Below are positions 58,229 through 64,000 of a DNA stretch of 64,000 bases, one piece after another. Origin of the DNA: Candidatus Omnitrophota bacterium (GTDB taxonomy: Bacteria; Omnitrophota; Gorgyraeia; Aquiviventales; Aquiviventaceae); contig JAHFGV010000006.1 in NCBI GenBank assembly GCA_023247255.1, positions 14,231 to 78,230 on the forward strand. Reading direction: 5' to 3'. Each line of letters begins with the position of its first letter. Within the stretch, counting starts at the first letter, position 1. Below the pieces are notes generated by a model. It was given only the letters and a program-made list of their open reading frames with translations, had not been told where the DNA came from and ran no database searches. Made by a program: the position numbers and the translations under genes.

Positions 58229-58283
58229 CAATCGAAAATCCAAAATCGACAATCGAAAATTCCAACGTGTGGGAGTGCGGTGC
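58229..58283. repeat. Direct repeat of the right arm of copy B (55 bp, including AACGTGTGGGAGTGCGGTGC)
   Basis: CAATCGAAAATCCAAAATCGACAATCGAAAATTCCAACGTGTGGGAGTGCGGTGC duplicates 58087-58142. Confidence 0.65.
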
Positions 58284-58297
58284 CACAGGCTCATCCC

Positions 58298-59359
58298 ATG
58301 AAGCTCCACAGACCCCATCAGCCCATTACGATAGGGACTCAAACAATCGGCCAAGGCTTGCCCTGTTTCATCGTCGGTGAAGTCGCTCAGAGCCATGATG
58401 GCAGCCTCGGCCAGGCCCATGCGTTCATCGATGCGATTGCAAGCGCCGGCGCTTGCGCAGTGAAGTTCCAGACGCACGTCGCTGCGGCAGAGAGCACCGT
58501 GCAGGAGCCATGGCGAGTACCTGGCAGCGGGCAGGATGCGAGTCGCTATGCCTATTGGAAGCGGATGGAGTTTAGCGAACCTCAGTGGGTAGAGTTGAAA
58601 TGTCATGCGCAGGAACGCGGCCTGGTATTTTTGAGCTCACCCTTTTCCTTGGAGGCAGTGGATCTGTTGGAACGCGTCGGGATGCCGGCATGGAAGGTCG
58701 GCTCCGGTGAGATCAGCAATAGGGTTTTGTGCAGACGTCTCGCATCTTCTGGTCTTGCGGTGTTTCTTTCAACAGGCATGAGCCCTTGGCATGAAGTGGA
58801 TGAGGCCGTGGCGTATTTCCGCGCACGGAACATTCCTTTAGTGGTGTTGCAGTGTAGCTCTGTGTATCCTTGTCCACCGGAGAAAATCGGCCTGAATGTA
58901 TTAGCGCAATTGCGAGACAGATACGGATGTCTTGTGGGGCTTTCGGATCACTCGGGAACCATCTATTCAGGATTGGCAGCCGCAGCGGTGGGTATTGAAG
59001 TGCTCGAGGTGCACGTGACATTAAGCCGGGAAATGTTCGGGCCGGATGTTCAGGCTTCCATCACGACTGCCGAATTGCGTCAACTGGTGGATGGGGTACG
59101 CGTGATTGAAGCCATCCGGTCACACCCCGTCGATAAAGATCAGATGGCCAAAGAACTTAAGCCGCTGCGGGATATTTTTATGAAGAGTATCGTGGCCAAG
59201 ACAGAACTTCCGGCAGGGACTATTTTGCAGGAAGAACACCTCATCCTTAAAAAACCCGGCACAGGAATTCCTGCGAGTCGCTTGGGGGAGGTAGTGGGCA
59301 AGCGACTGGTTCGCTGCCTCCGCTCGGATGAGAGGGTGCTTGAGGCTGACCTGCAATGA
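58298..59359 (+). CDS. NeuB-family synthase paralog 4 (divergent, SHDG variant of the NHNG motif)
   Basis: CFIVGEVAQSHDGSL...GACAVKFQTH, SSPFS, GLSDHS, C-terminal SAF-like domain. Confidence 0.65.
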   Translation: MKLHRPHQPITIGTQTIGQGLPCFIVGEVAQSHDGSLGQAHAFIDAIASAGACAVKFQTHVAAAESTVQEPWRVPGSGQDASRYAYWKRMEFSEPQWVELKCHAQERGLVFLSSPFSLEAVDLLERVGMPAWKVGSGEISNRVLCRRLASSGLAVFLSTGMSPWHEVDEAVAYFRARNIPLVVLQCSSVYPCPPEKIGLNVLAQLRDRYGCLVGLSDHSGTIYSGLAAAAVGIEVLEVHVTLSREMFGPDVQASITTAELRQLVDGVRVIEAIRSHPVDKDQMAKELKPLRDIFMKSIVAKTELPAGTILQEEHLILKKPGTGIPASRLGEVVGKRLVRCLRSDERVLEADLQ

Positions 59360-61230
59360 TCGAAGATCGGACAAATATCGATTTGCGGAATTTATGGATA
59401 AACGATAAACAACGACGGCTCCTGAAACTAATCGCCTGGTTGATGGCTGTTGCCGTTGTCACAGTCATTGCTGCCTATTGGCAAGTGAGGCCATGGGTTA
59501 TCCAAGCAAAGACACCTACGGCAGAGGTAAGTTTTTCTGCGAATCGTCGGCAGGTGCATGTAGGTTCATGCATGCGTCTTCGCTGGAATGTAACTCCAGC
59601 CCAGCCGGTGTGGCTGAATGGACAGTCGCAAAATGCCGTTGGAGAGCAATCGCTCTGTCCCCAACGGGAGGGAACTTTTGAAGTTAGCCTAAAGGTGTCT
59701 TCCTCAACCGGAGCAGGCAAGAGCTATGTGCTTCCGATTCAGTCCGTTCAACTTGAGCAGGATCGATGGGGAGGGGCAGTACGCATGCTCTTGGCGTTTA
59801 CGCTGCTTGGACTCATAGTGATCTTGGGTGAGTTATTGATCACCCTGCTCGCCCGAGGGCAGAAAAGCCCAGAGGTTCCTGGTGATTTTTCGAAGGATGC
59901 AGCAAGCCCTCTCAAAACCTACAGTTTTGCATGTGGGCTCATCCTCATTGCTGGTCTTGCGTGTTTGATTTTACAACCGCTTGCCCGACTCCTTCCCTTC
60001 GATCCGGATAACGTACTCACCCTGTCCATGGCGCAAGAACCTCCAGGCCACTGGTGGACTGGGCAGACTTTGTCCTATTTACCTGTCTATCGCCCGATCC
60101 CTTTCACCTTGACATGGCTGCAATATCAATTCATGGGGTTGGAACCCATCGGCTATTTCGTAGTCAACGCCTTGATTCTGATTTCCTGCGGGGTTGCGCT
60201 TTTTGGCTTGCTTTACCCTATCATTGGCAGGTTCATTTGCGCCCTGGCAGCGGCATTTCTGTTTTTGACCGATCCACGAACCATGCCGAGCGTGTATTGG
60301 ATCGGTGAACGTCAATCCAGCCTGGCAGGATTATTGGGTCTGCTGGCCTTAGGGTGGCTTTGGACTCGAACCCATCGGCCCAACAAAAAATCGACAGGAT
60401 TCTTCGGACAGTTTCTTGTGCCGGGATTGCTGCTGATGGGTTCGATCCTGAGTAAAGAATATGGACTTGCGTTTCTCTTAGCCGTCAGTGTGCACGCATG
60501 GCTGCGACGCTACACCTTCTGGAAAAGGTATGTCGGGGTTTGCTTTTTGATAGGTGCCCTTTATGTATTCATACGCGTTGGAACATCGACCATGAGCTTC
60601 AAGGTATACAGCGAAGATATGGGATTTTTATTTTGGACCCGACAGGTTACATACAGCAGTCTGCCATTCTTTGAACGGTTAGCGCAGTATAGCTACAATA
60701 TCGTGGCTACCTTCGTGGGAACTATCGTTCCGGTTTTTTTCAGCGGTTTTGGCGTGCTGAAAGCCCCAAGCCTGCAGGGTTCGATCCAGTTGCTTTTGTT
60801 ATCACCGGTGCTGCTTTGTTGTTGGATTGCCCTTCGGACCAATCCCCGTTTGGCCCTGGCGTTTTTTAGTTTGGTGATCGGCAATGCCCTTCTGAGCTTT
60901 CTCCTCTATCGTGGTCGCAACCATCTGATCGGTCTGATGGGGTTTTATGCCACGGCGGCCGTTGGTATGAGCTGGCTGTTGTCAAGGATTCGCTGGCGAG
61001 CGCGTGCGGGAATTGCATGGGGTATGGTCTTGTTTTTGACTGGATGGCAGGCTATGAAATATCGAACGGCCCTTGCGCAAACCTATGTAGCACCCATGAA
61101 TGAAGTGGATCCGTGCCTGGCCTTACGTACGAAAGAAGTCTCCATGAACACCGTGGAAGAAATCAAGCGACGCTTTGGGCTACCCAATCCTGCGTGCCAG
61201 GGATTCCCTCGTGGTCATGAAACGACGTAA
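59356..61230 (+). CDS. Large polytopic membrane protein, probable GT-C-fold glycosyltransferase (ArnT/PMT-like)
   Basis: One N-terminal TM helix, a ~110-aa periplasmic-looking segment, then at least 11 TM helices; ATGA-coupled to upstream neuB. Confidence 0.4.
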   Translation: MIEDRTNIDLRNLWINDKQRRLLKLIAWLMAVAVVTVIAAYWQVRPWVIQAKTPTAEVSFSANRRQVHVGSCMRLRWNVTPAQPVWLNGQSQNAVGEQSLCPQREGTFEVSLKVSSSTGAGKSYVLPIQSVQLEQDRWGGAVRMLLAFTLLGLIVILGELLITLLARGQKSPEVPGDFSKDAASPLKTYSFACGLILIAGLACLILQPLARLLPFDPDNVLTLSMAQEPPGHWWTGQTLSYLPVYRPIPFTLTWLQYQFMGLEPIGYFVVNALILISCGVALFGLLYPIIGRFICALAAAFLFLTDPRTMPSVYWIGERQSSLAGLLGLLALGWLWTRTHRPNKKSTGFFGQFLVPGLLLMGSILSKEYGLAFLLAVSVHAWLRRYTFWKRYVGVCFLIGALYVFIRVGTSTMSFKVYSEDMGFLFWTRQVTYSSLPFFERLAQYSYNIVATFVGTIVPVFFSGFGVLKAPSLQGSIQLLLLSPVLLCCWIALRTNPRLALAFFSLVIGNALLSFLLYRGRNHLIGLMGFYATAAVGMSWLLSRIRWRARAGIAWGMVLFLTGWQAMKYRTALAQTYVAPMNEVDPCLALRTKEVSMNTVEEIKRRFGLPNPACQGFPRGHETT

Positions 61231-62374
61231 AATCTGTGTAGTCGTGACGGCCCGTCCCAGCTACGCCCGGATCAAATCCGCGCTGCGTCATATCCAAGCG
61301 CATCCCGATCTCGAGCTACAACTGGTGGTCGCGGCCTCAGCGTTGCTGGATCGTTATGGCAGCGCCGTCGCCTACATTGAGCAGGATGGATTCGACATCG
61401 CAGCCCGGGTCTACATGGTGCTTGAAGGGGGCAATCTCACCACGATGGCCAAGACGACCGGGCTTGGCATCATCGAGTTGGCCACGGCCTTCGATAACCT
61501 CAAGCCGGACGTCGTGGTGACGATCGCGGATCGCTACGAAACGCTTGCCACGGCGCTGGCGGCCGCTTACGCCAACATCCCTGTGGTTCACGTTCAGGGA
61601 GGAGAGGTGAGCGGGTCCATCGATGAAAAGGTCCGGCACGCCGTGACCAAGCTATCGGACATTCATTTTGTGGCCAATCAGCAGGCAGCCGATCGGGTCA
61701 TACGCATGGGGGAGCATTCCGATCGCGTGTTTGTCACAGGCTGCCCCTCGATTGATCTCGCAGCCGAGGTGCTTCAAAACGCCGAGCTCGATTTTGATCC
61801 TTGTGAGCGATTCGGTGGAGTGGGACCGCGCGTGGATACGCGGGAAGATTATCTGATCGTCATGCAGCATCCGGTGACCACCGAGTACGAGGATGCCCAG
61901 CATCATGTTCAGGAAACCCTTCACGCTGTGCTTGAGCTGGGGATTCCCACCCTGTGGTTCTGGCCCAACGGTGATGCTGGGTCCGATGGGACGTCAAAAG
62001 GGATTCGCATCTTTCGCGAAGAGCATCATGAGATCCCCATCCACTTTTTTCGGCATATGGGACCTGAGGAATTTCTACGCGTGGCCTACCATAGCCGATG
62101 CCTGGTAGGCAACTCAAGCGTGGGGATTCGGGAATGTTCTTTCCTCGGTATTCCCACCGTGAATATCGGATCCCGACAGACCGGGCGCGACCGGGCAGGA
62201 AACGTCATCGACGTGGATTATAACCGGGGGGCGATTGTCGAGGCTGTGCGCAAGCATCTGGCCAATGGCCGATACCATTCGGATTCTCTCTACGGAGACG
62301 GCTCCTCCGGAGGCCGCATCGCCCAACGCTTGGTGAGTGTTCCCTTAACCATTGAGAAACGTCTGACCTATTGA
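61217..62374 (+). CDS. neuC: UDP-N-acetylglucosamine 2-epimerase (hydrolysing), NeuC/LegG-like
   Basis: KICVVVTARPSYARIKS...PDVVVTIADRYETLA...PVVHVQGGE: NeuC-type signatures. Confidence 0.75.
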   Translation: MKRRKICVVVTARPSYARIKSALRHIQAHPDLELQLVVAASALLDRYGSAVAYIEQDGFDIAARVYMVLEGGNLTTMAKTTGLGIIELATAFDNLKPDVVVTIADRYETLATALAAAYANIPVVHVQGGEVSGSIDEKVRHAVTKLSDIHFVANQQAADRVIRMGEHSDRVFVTGCPSIDLAAEVLQNAELDFDPCERFGGVGPRVDTREDYLIVMQHPVTTEYEDAQHHVQETLHAVLELGIPTLWFWPNGDAGSDGTSKGIRIFREEHHEIPIHFFRHMGPEEFLRVAYHSRCLVGNSSVGIRECSFLGIPTVNIGSRQTGRDRAGNVIDVDYNRGAIVEAVRKHLANGRYHSDSLYGDGSSGGRIAQRLVSVPLTIEKRLTY

Positions 62375-63501
62375 TGCCACCAGTGATGCCACCAGACACC
62401 GCCACCTACGCGATTGGAGACGTCGATTCCTTCGGTTTGAGCTTGGAGGAAGTCTGCTCCTTTTACCAGAAACACTGGAAGCGCCCCATTGCCTTGGCAT
62501 TGCCACAGTTTTATCAGTGGCAGTTTCGGCAAAGCCCGGATAATCAGGGCAAGGACCGATGCGTCGTGATCGTGGATGAGGATAAGCGTCTGTGTGGCGT
62601 GATGGGACTCAATGAAAGAAGGTTTTTCTTGGATGGGCGCGGACTTCGAGGCGCTGAGCTGACAACTTGGATTATTTCTGAATCCTGTCGCGGGACCGGC
62701 CAGAGCCTTGCGATGCTGGAGTATCTTCAAGATCACTACGAGGTACTCATCGGCATGGGAGTGACTCAAGAGGCCCTTCCTGCCTACCTGCGGTGTGGGT
62801 TTAAGCAGATTAGGCACATTCCTCGATACGTCCGGTTGTTTCATCAGGCAGAGAACATCCGTTCGATCATTCGCGTGGAGCCCTTTGGGCTATCCCTGAT
62901 GCGACGCAACACTGCTCAGGCAAACGTTTCTTACCTTGTACGTTCCATTCCCATCGCTGAGCTGGCTATCCATGAGCCGATTCTCCGTCAGCACTTCCAT
63001 ACTTTCAGCCGCGAGGCCGCCTACCTGAAATGGCGTTATACCGACCATCCCGTGTACCGTTATGAAGCTTTCCAGATCGAATCCGGAGGGCATGCCATGG
63101 CGGTTGTTTTGCGCGTGGATGAGAAAGAGACTTTGAAGATTCTCCACGTAGTCGATGCATTTGGAGATCTTCAGGCGCTTGCCGCTGTCGTCCATTTCTT
63201 GGAAGACTACGCGCGTCAGCACTTAGTGGATCTGGCCGATGTGTATGCCCTCTCGGATACCCTGGGGCATGTTTTTTGGACGATGGGCTGGTACTCCGTG
63301 CTTAATGATGAATGGATACAGGTGCCGCATCTGTTTCATCCAATTGAGCTGAAGAGCCCACCCACAACCTCACTCATCGCTTGGGCCAAGCAGGAAATGG
63401 ATCAGTTGTTGGATCAAACACGGCTCCATATCACCAAAGGAGATTGTGATCTGGATCGGCCCACCCTCCAGTACCTGCAAGAGCAGGATATCAGCCTATA
63501 A
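62371..63501 (+). CDS. FemAB/BioF2-like (GNAT-fold) acyl/aminoacyl-transferase family protein
   Basis: ~370 aa with GNAT-like core (...CVVIVDEDKRLCGVMGL...TWIISESCRGTGQSLAMLEY...). Size and position next to a polysaccharide deacetylase match the FemAB-related family of exosortase-type EPS loci. ATGA-coupled to neuC. Confidence 0.45.
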   Translation: MMPPVMPPDTATYAIGDVDSFGLSLEEVCSFYQKHWKRPIALALPQFYQWQFRQSPDNQGKDRCVVIVDEDKRLCGVMGLNERRFFLDGRGLRGAELTTWIISESCRGTGQSLAMLEYLQDHYEVLIGMGVTQEALPAYLRCGFKQIRHIPRYVRLFHQAENIRSIIRVEPFGLSLMRRNTAQANVSYLVRSIPIAELAIHEPILRQHFHTFSREAAYLKWRYTDHPVYRYEAFQIESGGHAMAVVLRVDEKETLKILHVVDAFGDLQALAAVVHFLEDYARQHLVDLADVYALSDTLGHVFWTMGWYSVLNDEWIQVPHLFHPIELKSPPTTSLIAWAKQEMDQLLDQTRLHITKGDCDLDRPTLQYLQEQDISL

Positions 63502-63717
63502 CTGGGCTTTTGCAAAAATAGCCAACGCGTTGACCGAGTGTTGTGTCATGTTTCTAAGATCCAGTACTTACGTCTGTTTCATGAGTCATGTGTTATGTGT
63601 CATGAAAAAGCAGAAAATAAAAAAGTGCTCCTTTTGCCTTCCATGACTCATGACACATGAAACATGACACAGACGTGAGCACTGCCACTAATCTCGATGC
63701 ATTTTGCAAAACCTCAG
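63502..63717 (+). mobile_element. MITE-like element, copy with intact TIRs; TSD CTATAA
   Basis: CTGGGCTTTTGCAAAAATAGCC ... GCATTTTGCAAAACCTCAG; CTATAA at 63496-63501 (contains the upstream gene's TAA stop) and at 63718-63723. Confidence 0.8.
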
Positions 63718-63738
63718 CTATAAGTGATCAGTAGAACT

Positions 63739-64000
63739 ATGATGGTTCTCACGACGGTGATGTATCATTACGTTCGGGATCTGCCAGGCAGTCGGTTTCC
63801 CCGGATCAAAGGGATGCTCACGGATGCGTTTCGTCGGCAGGTGGCTTTTTTGAAAGATCAGTACGAGATGGTTGACTTGGAATCGGCCCTTGCGTTTATC
63901 CGAGGGGACTATCAACCGACGCGGAATTTATGCCTTCTCACGTTTGATGACGGTCTTAAGGATCATCTGACCGCCGTGTTGCCGATCTTGACTGAACAGC
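63739..64000 (+). CDS. Polysaccharide deacetylase (NodB-homology) family protein, N-terminal part (continues beyond window)
   Basis: MYHYVRD...LTFDDGLKDH: the NodB motif 1 (TFDDG) region. Confidence 0.6.
   Translation, partial: MMVLTTVMYHYVRDLPGSRFPRIKGMLTDAFRRQVAFLKDQYEMVDLESALAFIRGDYQPTRNLCLLTFDDGLKDHLTAVLPILTEQ

Noticed and set aside
58025-58606. 193-aa minus-strand ORF (and 4987-5196 minus) containing repeated SILDFRLK peptides
   Set aside because: The peptide repetition is produced by translating the heptamer-repeat DNA elements; these ORFs overlap the neuB-4 start and intergenic repeats.

Overview
This 64-kb window is a bacterial chromosomal segment on a single coding strand, roughly 55-58% GC. 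Every credible gene is on the + strand.

The 5' third holds housekeeping and signalling genes. These are the dnaK 3' end, dnaJ, accD, an orphan MalK/UgpC-type ABC ATPase, two tandem GAF-GGDEF diguanylate cyclases, a ROK kinase, a transaldolase and lptD. They are interleaved with small unknown ORFs and a decayed HepT/MNT-type toxin-antitoxin pair lying between dnaK and dnaJ.

From about 18.7 kb to the end the window is one very large, translationally coupled glycan-precursor biosynthesis island. It contains:
- ugd and a dTDP-L-rhamnose set (rmlA, rmlB, rmlD and an RmlC-like cupin);
- a WbpA/TviB-like plus WbpP/TviC-like UDP-HexNAcA pair, a DegT aminotransferase and UDP-xylose synthase;
- a CDP-deoxyhexose block (ddhA/rfbF, ddhC/rfbH, ddhB/rfbG) followed by a ThDP-dependent ALS/YerE-like enzyme, a PanB-like hydroxymethyltransferase and an SDR, which together imply a branched-chain deoxysugar;
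- a GtrB/ArnC-like GT2 and, later, a GT-C membrane protein;
- a pseudaminic-acid-type pathway (pseB, pseC, pseG, pseI, a PseF-like cytidylyltransferase) carrying four NeuB-family synthase paralogs, a NeuC-like hydrolysing 2-epimerase, two ATP-grasp enzymes, a HAD phosphatase and a metallophosphoesterase;
- an ACP, FabG, AMP-ligase, LuxE, LuxC acyl module;
- a FemAB-like protein plus polysaccharide deacetylase pair at the 3' edge, reminiscent of exosortase/PEP-CTERM EPS loci.

Two non-genic signals stand out. First, a roughly 235-bp MITE-like element with about 16-bp terminal inverted repeats (CTGRGSTTTTGCAAAA), perfect 6-bp target-site duplications and a long internal hairpin occurs in at least 6 copies; several copies are inserted exactly at gene stop codons. 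Second, a family of palindromic heptamer-repeat elements, (AATCGAC)n, occurs at 5 or more intergenic sites.

A low-GC, gene-poor islet (28.35-30.12 kb) interrupts the sugar cluster. It carries a solitary 325-aa SIR2_2-like protein, a candidate NAD+-depleting defence effector, and a 590-bp non-coding stretch.

No rRNA, tRNA or CRISPR array was recognised.
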